Below, one piece after another: positions 36,237 to 44,794 of a DNA stretch of 56,205 nt. This DNA comes from Bryobacterales bacterium (GTDB taxonomy: Bacteria > Acidobacteriota > Terriglobia > Bryobacterales > Bryobacteraceae). Under the pieces are notes generated by a model that was given only the letters and a program-made list of their open reading frames with translations, searched no databases and was not told the origin of the DNA. Location of the stretch: NCBI GenBank assembly GCA_020847895.1, contig JADLBG010000642.1, positions 1 to 56,205 on the forward strand, written 5' to 3'. Both the position numbers and the translations under genes were made by a program. Position 1 is the first letter of the stretch. Every line of letters begins with the position of its first letter.

Positions 36237-37649
36237 ATGCTGAACTGGTTGTTCAAATCCCGCTCGGCTGAGCGGAAGGAGATGGTGCGCTCGGGTGGCG
36301 AACTGGTCCGGGATCGGCGGAATATCGGGCTGTGGAACGATCCCATGCCCGACTATAGCCGTGTCGTTCCGAATCCGACGATCCGGAATCGCGCCCGGTA
36401 TCTGGCGGCCAACAGTCCTGTGGCCGCGCGAGCTGTCCAGGCGTTCGTGGATAACGTGGTGGGGCCCGGGATCACGCTGCTACCGAAGATCACGGACGCG
36501 GCTTTGAAGTCGGAGTTGCTCACAGTATGGAATGGCTGGACCGACTTGGCCGACCTCGATGGGCTGCTTAACTTCTACGGGCTTCAGGCACTGGCCGCCA
36601 GGATGATGTTCATCGACGGGGAGGTGTTCGTTCGGTATACGACGGACGCCGATGGCTCACTCCGCCTGCAATTGCTTCCCGCCGAGTTCATCGACACCAC
36701 GGTAAATATGGAGAACGTGATCGCGGGCGTCGAGTTCGATTCGGCTGGCCGGCGCGCCGCCTTCTACGTCTACGAATGGCATCCCGGCAACCTCCTCCGG
36801 CTGCCGAGGAGCACCCGCGTTCCCACTACGCAAATTGCGCAGATCTTCCGCCCGCTGCTCCCTGGGCAAGTACATGGAGTTTCAGCGTTGCTTCCAATCA
36901 TGCAGAAGTTGAACGACCTGGATCAGTTCGACCGCGCGACTCTGGTGAAGCAAAAGACGGGCGCTTTGCTGACCGGCTTCATCACTACGCCAAACGAGAA
37001 CCCGTTGGGAGCGGCACAGGCAGACGATGGTGCATGGACCGCCAGCCTGGAGCCGGGCACGATCCAACGCTTGTCGCCTGGCGAATCGCTGGAGTTTTCA
37101 GATCCGCCCGAGACGGGCGGGTACTCCGAGTACGCGAAAACGCAGTTGCGGCTGATCGCCAGCGGCCTTGGGTTGCCCTACAACATCTTGAGCGGCGACC
37201 TGTCGGATACGAGCTACTCATCCGCGCGCGTGGGTTTGATCGAATTCCGAAAGTACATCGACGCCGTGCAGTGGCAGTTCGTGCATGTGCTTTGCCGTCC
37301 GCTGTTTCAACGGTGGATCGAGATGGAAGTGGTGCGCGGCACGCTGCCGTTGCCGGAGAACGGCGTGCAGCAGTACATGCGCAACGTCTCGTGGGCGCCA
37401 CCGGCGATGCAGATGACCGATCCCCAGCGCGAAGTAGACGCCATGGTACGGGCCATCCGCGCAGGTTTGATGTCGAGGGAGATGGCAGTCGCTTCGTTGG
37501 GGTACGACCTGACGGAGGTGGACGCGCAGATCGCGTCCGGCAATGCCGCCACCGACGCCGCTGGGATCGTGTTGGACTCCGACCCGCGCCGGGTCACGCA
37601 GCAAGGCAACCGGCTGCCATCTGAGGAAATTTCTCAGATACCCGGTTAG
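36237..37649 (+). CDS. phage portal protein (lambda family)
   Basis: Size and N-terminal pattern RYLAANSPVAARAVQAFVDNVVGPGI... are typical of lambda-type portals. Position is upstream of the protease-capsid gene. Confidence 0.8.
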   Translation: MLNWLFKSRSAERKEMVRSGGELVRDRRNIGLWNDPMPDYSRVVPNPTIRNRARYLAANSPVAARAVQAFVDNVVGPGITLLPKITDAALKSELLTVWNGWTDLADLDGLLNFYGLQALAARMMFIDGEVFVRYTTDADGSLRLQLLPAEFIDTTVNMENVIAGVEFDSAGRRAAFYVYEWHPGNLLRLPRSTRVPTTQIAQIFRPLLPGQVHGVSALLPIMQKLNDLDQFDRATLVKQKTGALLTGFITTPNENPLGAAQADDGAWTASLEPGTIQRLSPGESLEFSDPPETGGYSEYAKTQLRLIASGLGLPYNILSGDLSDTSYSSARVGLIEFRKYIDAVQWQFVHVLCRPLFQRWIEMEVVRGTLPLPENGVQQYMRNVSWAPPAMQMTDPQREVDAMVRAIRAGLMSREMAVASLGYDLTEVDAQIASGNAATDAAGIVLDSDPRRVTQQGNRLPSEEISQIPG

Positions 37650-37755
37650 CTCGACTTGGGAAGTTCCCAAGTGACTATGGAAATTCCAGAGTGGGGGATT
37701 CCCCAGTCAAACCGCCCCGCCCGCACCGGCGGGGCTTCGCATTTTAAGGAGGTAC

Positions 37756-39501
37756 ATGAACGAATTCAAAATTCGCAGTGCAGCACTGGAGCCGTCCACC
37801 TTCGACGCGGAGAACCGCACCGTGTCGGTGGTGTTCGCCTCGAACGCGCCCGTCCGCAGGACGGATCTCGACGGCGCTTACCAGGAGCGGCTCGACATGA
37901 CGCAGGCCGCCGTGGATCTCTCGGAATTAATCGGCGGCCCCGTCCTCAACTCCCACAACCGTTCCGACGTGAACGCTGTGTTGGGCGTGGTGGAGTCCGC
38001 CCAGGTTGACGGCGAACGCGGCACCGCCACTATCCGCTTCAGCGAACGCGCCACGGCGGTGATGAATGACGTGCGCCAGGGCATCCTGCGCAAGCTGTCG
38101 GTGGGCTACGTGATCAACCAGCGCCGCGCCGAGAAGGATTCCACCAAGGGCATGCGCACGATTACCGCGACCCGCTGGACCCCGAAAGAAATCTCCTTCG
38201 TCGCCATCCCCGCGGACTCGGCGGCGAAGGTCAGAGGAGAAATGATGGACCACACCAACGAGAACGAAATCCGGGTGATCGCCCAGATCGCCGGCCTCCA
38301 GGCCGACGACATGATCGCCCGCAACCTGACCCTGGACCAGGCGCGCGCCGAAGCGTTCGAAGCCATAAAGCGCCGCTCCGGTTCTCCGATCCGTACGGCG
38401 CAGCCGATCTCGCTCGCCGCGGGCTACGACGACCCGGTATTCCTGCGCACCGCCATGGCGGACGCCATCTACACGAGGATTAACCCGGTGCACAAGCCCG
38501 GCGATGCGGCCCGGCCCTTCGTCGGGCGCAGCATGGTGCGGTTGGCGGAAGAGGTGCTGCGGTTGCGCGGCATCGAAATCATCGGCCTGTCCGACGGGGC
38601 GATTGTGGACCGCGCCCTCCACAGCACGAGCGATTTCCCCCTGCTGCTCGGCGACGTAGCGAACATGGTGCTGCAGGAGCAGATGTCCGCCGCGCCCGCA
38701 GCGATCAAACAGATCTGTCGCCAGACCACGATCCCGGACTTCCGCAACCGTTACTCGATCCAGTTGGGGCAGGCGCCCACGCTGATGAAGGTGAACGAGA
38801 ACGGCGAGTTCAAATCCGGCACCATCGCCGAAGGCCGCGAGTCGTACAAGCTGGACACCTACGGCCGGATCTTCGGCGTCAATCGGCAGGCCATCGTTAA
38901 CGACAACCTCTCGGCGTTCTCCGACATCGGCCGGTTGTTCGCTTCCGCCTCCGCGCAGTTTGAGGCGCAGTTCCTCGTGGACCTGATCACCGGCAACAAC
39001 GGCGTCGGGCCCGTCATGTCGGACAACAAGAAGTTGTTCGACGCCGCGCACAGCAACCTCGCTGCGAGCGGCGGCGCCATCTCCGACACCACGCTGGCTG
39101 CCGCGCGCCTGGCTCTCCGGTCGCAGAAGGGGCTGGACGGCAAGACCCCGCTCGACATCGCGGCCAAGTTCCTGGTGGTGCCCGCCGCCCTGGAAAGCAC
39201 CGCCGAGAAGTACCTCGCCAGCATCTACCCGGCGCAGGCCGCGAACGTAAACCCGTTCGCCGGCAAGTTGACCCTGGTCGTTGATCCGCGGCTCGACGCC
39301 AAGTCGGCCACCCGCTGGTACGTCGCCGCCGATCCCGTTTTGTTCCCGAGCATCGAGTACGCCTACCTCGCCGGTAACGAAGGCGTGCAGGTCGAGACGC
39401 GGGCCGGCTTCGAAGTTGACGGCGTGCAGATCCGTGCCCGTCTCGACTTCGGCGCGGGTGCCCTCGACTTCCGTGGCGTGTATGCCAACCCCGGAGCGTA
39501 G
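37756..39501 (+). CDS. prohead protease - major capsid protein fusion
   Basis: The N-terminal about 150 aa resemble HK97/U35-type prohead proteases. The C-terminal about 300 aa resemble Mu gpT-like major head proteins (SYKLDTYGRIFGVNRQAIVNDNLSAF). Confidence 0.7.
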   Translation: MNEFKIRSAALEPSTFDAENRTVSVVFASNAPVRRTDLDGAYQERLDMTQAAVDLSELIGGPVLNSHNRSDVNAVLGVVESAQVDGERGTATIRFSERATAVMNDVRQGILRKLSVGYVINQRRAEKDSTKGMRTITATRWTPKEISFVAIPADSAAKVRGEMMDHTNENEIRVIAQIAGLQADDMIARNLTLDQARAEAFEAIKRRSGSPIRTAQPISLAAGYDDPVFLRTAMADAIYTRINPVHKPGDAARPFVGRSMVRLAEEVLRLRGIEIIGLSDGAIVDRALHSTSDFPLLLGDVANMVLQEQMSAAPAAIKQICRQTTIPDFRNRYSIQLGQAPTLMKVNENGEFKSGTIAEGRESYKLDTYGRIFGVNRQAIVNDNLSAFSDIGRLFASASAQFEAQFLVDLITGNNGVGPVMSDNKKLFDAAHSNLAASGGAISDTTLAAARLALRSQKGLDGKTPLDIAAKFLVVPAALESTAEKYLASIYPAQAANVNPFAGKLTLVVDPRLDAKSATRWYVAADPVLFPSIEYAYLAGNEGVQVETRAGFEVDGVQIRARLDFGAGALDFRGVYANPGA

Positions 39502-39503
39502 CC

Positions 39504-39722
39504 ATGGCGCTCACGCTCATAGAGTTGCAGGGCATGCGTGATGCGCTGGTGACAGCGATCGGCAGCGGCACGATGCACATCCAGTTCGAGGGCCGCTCTA
39601 TTACGTACCGCAGCGTGGTGGAGATGCAGGCGGCCCTCACCACCATCAACAAGGAAATCGAGATGGCGGGCGGCGGCAGCACGTCGCCCCGCCAGATTGT
39701 CATCACACCGAAAGGAATCTGA
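39504..39722 (+). CDS. gpW-like head-tail joining/head completion protein
   Basis: 72 aa. The LIELQGMRDALVTAIGSG...ITYRSVVEMQAAL pattern resembles lambda gpW. Confidence 0.45.
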   Translation: MALTLIELQGMRDALVTAIGSGTMHIQFEGRSITYRSVVEMQAALTTINKEIEMAGGGSTSPRQIVITPKGI

Positions 39723-39726
39723 ACAG

Positions 39727-40077
39727 ATGAAGAACTTCGTGCAGGAAGGGAATACGATTACCGTCGCGGCGCCCGCCGACGTCACCAGCGGGCAGTTGGT
39801 CGTGGTCGGCTCTATTGTGGGCGTGGCGGCGTTTGATGCCGCGACCGGTGCCGACGTGGAGGTTACGTTGGAGGGTGTGTTCGAACTCCCCAAGGTCACC
39901 ACCGACGTGATCGCGCAGGGCGACCAGCTCTACTGGGACTCCGGCCAGGCGAAGCTCACGAAGACGGCGGGCACCGGCAGCAAGCCCATGGTGGGCGTGG
40001 CCACGGCCGCGGCCGGTAACGGCGTCACCACCGTCAACTGCCGGTTGATGCCCACCGGCCAGACTGGTCCCGCGTAG
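39727..40077 (+). CDS. DUF2190-type head decoration protein
   Basis: Start moved to MKNFVQEGN. ...VTSGQLVVVGSIVGVAAFDAATGADVEV...GVFELPK is characteristic of this family. Confidence 0.7.
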   Translation: MKNFVQEGNTITVAAPADVTSGQLVVVGSIVGVAAFDAATGADVEVTLEGVFELPKVTTDVIAQGDQLYWDSGQAKLTKTAGTGSKPMVGVATAAAGNGVTTVNCRLMPTGQTGPA

Positions 40078-40103
40078 ACCCATATCATCAAGATCTTTCC
40101 ATT

Positions 40104-40340
40104 TTGGCCAGAACACTTCGAGGGGACATGATCGACACGAAAGACCTGACGCCGGTGATGACGCTGAAGCAGGCCGCCGCCTACTTGCAGATCTCGAAGG
40201 CGCACCTGTCCAACGTGATTAACGGCAAGGTCGAAGACGTGCCGCCGCTCCGCTGCTTCCGGGTCGGGCGGCGCATCCTGATCAGGCGCGAATGGGTCGA
40301 GGAGTGGATGGAATCCGCCAACCTGGAGGCGATCCGGTAA
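40104..40340 (+). CDS. excisionase/AlpA-like HTH DNA-binding protein
   Basis: LKQAAAYLQISKAHLSNVING...FRVGRRILIRREWVEEW. Sits immediately upstream of the integrase gene. Confidence 0.6.
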   Translation: MARTLRGDMIDTKDLTPVMTLKQAAAYLQISKAHLSNVINGKVEDVPPLRCFRVGRRILIRREWVEEWMESANLEAIR

Positions 40341-40399
40341 TGGTAGTATTCGGGTCGTGCCAAGAGTTAACGCCTTCGACGCAGGAAAGAGGCAAGAAA

Positions 40400-41548
40400 G
40401 TGCGTCGAAAGCGTTTCCAGAAGGGCAGCCTGCAGCCGCGCAAACATGGGCGGCATCGCGTGTGGGTTGCCTCCTGGTGGGAAGACGGCAGCCGCCGGTC
40501 CAAGGTGCTCGGGTTGTGCTCGAAGATGACGAAGGGAGAGGCGGAGTCCGCAATGGCGACGATTCTCCAGCCGATCAACGAGGGCACGTCACGCGGGCCC
40601 AGGCCGGTGTACACGTTCGAGCAGTTCACGAAGGATGTGTACCTGCCGTTTTGCCGCCGCAGTTGGAAGGAATCAACCGCAGGTACGTCGGAGCAGATCG
40701 TCCAGAAGCATCTCGTCCCCGAGTTCGGGCAGGATTTGCTCCACACCATTCGCAGGGATCAATTGCAGGATTTCCTCGACCGGAAGGCCACGGAGTTGTC
40801 GTTCAGCGTGGTGGCCCATCTGCGGTGGTTCCTCAACGGCATCTTCAAATTGGCGTTATCGGACTCCATCATTTCGGGGAATCCGGCGGCCGAGTTGAAG
40901 GTCCCGAAGAAGTGCCAGCCCGGACGTGCGATGCGTCCGCTCACAGAAGAGGAGGTAAACACGTACCTGGAGGCGTTCGGCCTCCGGGAGAAGTTGATCG
41001 CAAGGCTCGCGATCTTCGAAGGCATGCGGCCGGGCGAGATCCTGGCCCTCCGATGGAAGTCGGTGGACGGCGAGATCATCCGGGTGGAGGAACGCGTCTA
41101 CAAGCGGAAGTTCAACACGCCGAAGAACGGCAAGACCCGCGAAGGCGCGATCTCCGACGGCACACTCGAGCTGTTGAGGCAGTGGGCCGATCTGGCGCAG
41201 GACCCGAGTCCGGATGGATTCTTGTTTCCGTCCGAGAAGGTCACGACGCCCATTTCACTCGACAACATCTGGCGGCGGAACATGTGTCCGGTGCTGGAGA
41301 AGATCGGGATGGAGTGGGCCACCTTTCAGGTGTTGCGCAAGACCAACGCCAGCCTGTCGAAGAAGGCGGGTGTCGATCCCAAGGTCGCCTCGGACCAGAG
41401 GGGCCACGGACTCGGCGTCAGCCTGGAGGTCTACACCAGCTCCGACCTGGAGCAGAAACGAGCCGCACTTCGGGCCCTCGAAGCCGCCGTACGGCGGAAG
41501 AGGAAGCCCAAACAGAAACAGCCGTCAGAATTGGCGAAGTCGGCTTAA
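40400..41548 (+). CDS. tyrosine-type site-specific integrase
   Basis: GTG 40400 (AGGAAAGAGG upstream) gives VRRKRFQKGSL. Catalytic-domain signatures are GMRPGEILALRW, LRKT, RGHGL...LEVYT. Confidence 0.9.
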   Translation: MRRKRFQKGSLQPRKHGRHRVWVASWWEDGSRRSKVLGLCSKMTKGEAESAMATILQPINEGTSRGPRPVYTFEQFTKDVYLPFCRRSWKESTAGTSEQIVQKHLVPEFGQDLLHTIRRDQLQDFLDRKATELSFSVVAHLRWFLNGIFKLALSDSIISGNPAAELKVPKKCQPGRAMRPLTEEEVNTYLEAFGLREKLIARLAIFEGMRPGEILALRWKSVDGEIIRVEERVYKRKFNTPKNGKTREGAISDGTLELLRQWADLAQDPSPDGFLFPSEKVTTPISLDNIWRRNMCPVLEKIGMEWATFQVLRKTNASLSKKAGVDPKVASDQRGHGLGVSLEVYTSSDLEQKRAALRALEAAVRRKRKPKQKQPSELAKSA

Positions 41549-41568
41549 TGGAGTAAACGGAGTAACGA
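41545..41568. repeat. tandem 9-mer motif copy 2 (TTA-ATGGAGTAA-ACGGAGTAA-CGA)
   Basis: Overlaps the integrase stop codon, 45 nt from att repeat B. Confidence 0.45.
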
Positions 41569-41613
41569 GGGGTCGGTGGGTTATCCCAAATTGGCTGTAA
41601 GTGCTAGAAAAGA

Positions 41614-41660
<47 letters not shown>

Positions 41661-41757
41661 CGACTGTGGATTGAAAATACAATCTTTACGCGTCTACGGT
41701 GTCAATGAATGGCGATAGAAAACACCCTGTTTTCATAAGCCTGCTTCAGACGCTCCG

Positions 41758-41780
41758 TTAATGGAGCAGTTTTGGAGCAG
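41758..41780. repeat. diverged tandem motif copy 3 (TTA-ATGGAGCAG-TT-TTGGAGCAG)
   Basis: Lies 97 nt inside att repeat B, the same offset as copy 1 relative to repeat A. Confidence 0.35.
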
Positions 41781-41902
41781 CTGATCAAACGCGGGCCGTG
41801 ATCTGCGACTGCCAACCTAACGAGCTTTAAGCTAGGCCGACTCCACTCGGTTTCGCCGGGCCGGACCGGGCGGCTTTTCAGCTGACAGCAACCTCAGTTG
41901 GT

Positions 41903-43255
41903 CTACGGTACCCTCGAAAAGCCGTATTCATAAACCCTGCCCGATGCTGTGATGATTTCAATATCCTCCAGAGCCGAGATCGATCCCGATGCGAGTTCCA
42001 GGGCCACACCACCGTGGAGCCGACGAAGTAACTCCGAGATCCCCAATACGCCAGCAATCAAACCGACAAACGGCACGCCAACAGTCCGTGAAGCCAGTTG
42101 CGTGATACCGCATCTGTCCAGACCAGGGAGTCTCGATGGTGTATAAGCGGGCGTGTCAGGCAGGTCTGCCGGATTGGCTGCCGACCACAGCTTTTCGGCG
42201 CGCAATGAACCAGGGAAAGTGTGGAGCGAAAAGTTCTTGAAGCTCTGTGGCCCAGATCCAAGCCCTGTTTCCACAATCAAACCAAACCCTGCCTGTTCTA
42301 GAGATGCGCGAGCTAACGCGTTGTCTACGCCGCAGAGCGCTACCGCTGGGTCATGTGGGCCGCGTCGTGACCAGGTCCCAAAAGGCTTCTCGTCCAAGAT
42401 CGTCCGAAACCCTCGCCGCTCGGACCATTTGGCCATAGCTCGTGCTTTCTTCTTGCCAACAATGTCGGGTGACGTCAGGACCGAGGTGCTGTCGTTCGCC
42501 ACCGCAACACGGTCGTGATCCTGCAGTACCAGTGTTAACTCCCGCGCGCCCCGATACGGGAGTGCGCCAAGAATCCATAGGTAGGCTTGTCCGAGGTTAC
42601 CCAGACCGATCAGCCAAAGAGCATTCGGGAGTAATTCGATTTTCGGCTCGCTTGGATCATCAAACAGCCAGTCGTTTCCGGGCTGCCAGAGGGACATGCC
42701 GGAAGATCGTCTACCGGCCAGGGCATGATCTCCAGAATGATAGAGAAACGCCTCAGCGGCGCAGGCGCAGGCGGCCAACACAGGGGCCAGCCCGGCAGCA
42801 TTTCGTTCCTCAAGCCTTTGCTCCTCGCGGATTGGAGTTACCCCGCCCCGCCAACCACTCCAAGTAAGCCTCCATCCCGTCTTTGAATTCTCCGTGACGG
42901 TCCCGATGCAGGCTACCGGGAACCCCTCACTTATCTCCGAGCAGCGCCCGCCAAGTTGACTGACCGCCTCCCCGAGAGTGTCCGCTTCCGCGACCGGAAT
43001 CATAAGTGGCGTGTCCAGGGAGCCCTCGACCGTGACTCCTCCGAGAAGGGTTCTACGGGTCACATTCACCAGCGTCAGCAAAGCAAGTTGATGGTCCCGT
43101 GATGTCCTCACTTCATCACCAACTCGAATCGAGAGACCATACTGTCGCAACATCCCTACGGCCTCTTGATGGCTCGTCGCTCGACCAGTATCCATAAAAT
43201 ACTTAGCTGTTCGATGGAGAGTGTCAGGTGTGACGCTAGCCCCAGAATCCAACAT
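41903..43255 (-). CDS. bilD: E1-like (ThiF/UBA-type) ubiquitin-activating enzyme homologue
   Basis: Rossmann motif LIGLGNLGQAYLW within a ThiF-like region. Last gene of the Ubl-E2-JAB-E1 operon; overlaps the JAB gene by 20 nt. Confidence 0.75.
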   Translation of the reverse strand: MLDSGASVTPDTLHRTAKYFMDTGRATSHQEAVGMLRQYGLSIRVGDEVRTSRDHQLALLTLVNVTRRTLLGGVTVEGSLDTPLMIPVAEADTLGEAVSQLGGRCSEISEGFPVACIGTVTENSKTGWRLTWSGWRGGVTPIREEQRLEERNAAGLAPVLAACACAAEAFLYHSGDHALAGRRSSGMSLWQPGNDWLFDDPSEPKIELLPNALWLIGLGNLGQAYLWILGALPYRGARELTLVLQDHDRVAVANDSTSVLTSPDIVGKKKARAMAKWSERRGFRTILDEKPFGTWSRRGPHDPAVALCGVDNALARASLEQAGFGLIVETGLGSGPQSFKNFSLHTFPGSLRAEKLWSAANPADLPDTPAYTPSRLPGLDRCGITQLASRTVGVPFVGLIAGVLGISELLRRLHGGVALELASGSISALEDIEIITASGRVYEYGFSRVP

Positions 43256-43757
43256 AAAAATACCTCCTCGTTAGCGGACCACTGAAATTGATCCACTCGT
43301 GACCACCGCGATATTCATAGATGCCAAGGCCGTTGTCCTCTGTCGGGAAACGGGCAAAATTCGGAACGATGATCGCAACGTGCCCAGGTGTCGCCACCAT
43401 GGGATTAGTACGATCGGAATAACTCTGAACTGCTGCCCCAGGATGAGTGTGAATGTCGGCAACAACAGAGAGTCCCCGTTCTCGACATATCTTCCAAAGC
43501 TTCGCAAAGGCGTCTCCATGGAGGATACATACGCCGGAGTTATAGGCACTCGGATCTAAGTCGTCGTAGAAGACCCTCTCAGTAATTTCGAGTCGCTGAG
43601 ATCTTTTCTTGCCAAGCAAGAACGCCCCAGCCTCGTGCCACCATTCACCCCGTTGCTGAAGTTCGTTCAGGAGCTGGAACCAGAACGACTTGGAACAGCT
43701 TATTCGATGTTCACGCGCAAGCAGCGCCCGTATAGTCGCTCGAATTGAGGAGATCAT
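43236..43757 (-). CDS. bilC: JAB/MPN (JAMM) metallopeptidase
   Basis: EAGAFLLG upstream Glu and the JAMM motif [17 protein letters not shown] (HxH-x7-S-xx-D). Confidence 0.85.
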   Translation of the reverse strand: MISSIRATIRALLAREHRISCSKSFWFQLLNELQQRGEWWHEAGAFLLGKKRSQRLEITERVFYDDLDPSAYNSGVCILHGDAFAKLWKICRERGLSVVADIHTHPGAAVQSYSDRTNPMVATPGHVAIIVPNFARFPTEDNGLGIYEYRGGHEWINFSGPLTRRYFYVGFWG

Positions 43758-44196
43758 AGATTTGCTCCAAGTAAGAAATCAGCCCTCGTGAAACATCCCA
43801 GAGCCTCCCTGGATGCTCGTGGTTCCAGTTGCTGTGCCCTTCAATCGCCATGCGATCACATGGCAGATAGAGGCACTGTGCTCCCTTCCACTCAGGCCGA
43901 AATATGGAGGGAATGATCGTCTTGCCCTTTGGCCAGCGGTGCGGTGGCAGTGGACGGTCCGTAGTGAGGTCCCAAGGCTGAGCTGTTGCCGCCATTTGGC
44001 GATATCCCGTGCACTCGAATCGCAATCCTACCTCGCGGACCGATTGGCCCCGCTCAGCCGTTGAGACTGCGATGACCACGTAAGGCCAGATCGTCCTGAC
44101 CAAACGCCAGCGACCTTCGATTTCGCCGAGCCTGAACTGGGGTGATTTCAAGTCTTCGGCAAGGAGTATTGAATCGGGCGAGGCCACACTCTGCAT
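43711..44196 (-). CDS. bilB: E2-like ubiquitin-conjugating enzyme homologue
   Basis: Start set at MQSVASPD (TGAtATG junction with the Ubl gene). Candidate catalytic Cys in LYLPCDR, preceded by a proline-rich loop. Position is between the Ubl and JAB genes. Confidence 0.55.
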   Translation of the reverse strand: MQSVASPDSILLAEDLKSPQFRLGEIEGRWRLVRTIWPYVVIAVSTAERGQSVREVGLRFECTGYRQMAATAQPWDLTTDRPLPPHRWPKGKTIIPSIFRPEWKGAQCLYLPCDRMAIEGHSNWNHEHPGRLWDVSRGLISYLEQIYDLLNSSDYTGAACA

Positions 44197-44197
44197 A

Positions 44198-44689
44198 TCA
44201 GCCCTCAACTCGCTTTTCAGGAACCAAGTCGAAACAAACATCGCAGCCGCAGTTCCTAAGGAGCGTGCTCAGCGGGGTGTCGCTCGATGGCCTTTCCTTC
44301 GAGTCACAGACCTGAAGAATGTGTTCCGGAGCATCCTTGGAGTCGATGTGAAACTCTCTGGTCGCCCATTGCTTGATTGTTCGGACTCTCGTTCCTGGAG
44401 CGAACTTGCGCTCAGCCGTTTTCTCCAAGTAGTGCACTCGAACTTCGATCCGTTTGCAGTGATTTAGATGAATCCTGCACCCGTGTTTCAAGCCTTTATG
44501 TTCCTCTTCGCAGTCCTTCATGACCTCGTTATCTTCTTCATCAATGAAGATCCGCAGATTCTCGTCATCGAGAAGACCAGTGGTCAGGAGGGCAGCATAG
44601 AGGGCCGCTCCAGTGCGTCCGGCAGGAAGCGGTAGCTCGACGATTCGGGCATCTCGTCCGATGTGAACGAAAATAAATTCGGTGGGCAT
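44198..44689 (-). CDS. bilA: tandem beta-grasp ubiquitin-like protein ending in a free C-terminal Gly
   Basis: 163 aa (ISG15-like size). Two beta-grasp-sized halves. The sequence ends ...LVPEKRVEG-stop. Confidence 0.6.
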   Translation of the reverse strand: MPTEFIFVHIGRDARIVELPLPAGRTGAALYAALLTTGLLDDENLRIFIDEEDNEVMKDCEEEHKGLKHGCRIHLNHCKRIEVRVHYLEKTAERKFAPGTRVRTIKQWATREFHIDSKDAPEHILQVCDSKERPSSDTPLSTLLRNCGCDVCFDLVPEKRVEG

Positions 44690-44794
44690 TGAACTCTCCT
44701 TGTGAACTTGCGCCCAAAACGGCGCTCTACTTGGTTCAACCGGGAGAGTCTGAAAACCGGAAATCGCAGAAGGACGATTTCAGTGCCGAGCTGG

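Noticed and set aside
40292-40399. Upstream extension of the integrase ORF (start at 40292).
   Set aside because: The extension overlaps the Xis-like gene. The conserved integrase N-terminus (RRKRFQKGSL) begins at GTG 40400, which has a purine-rich SD upstream.
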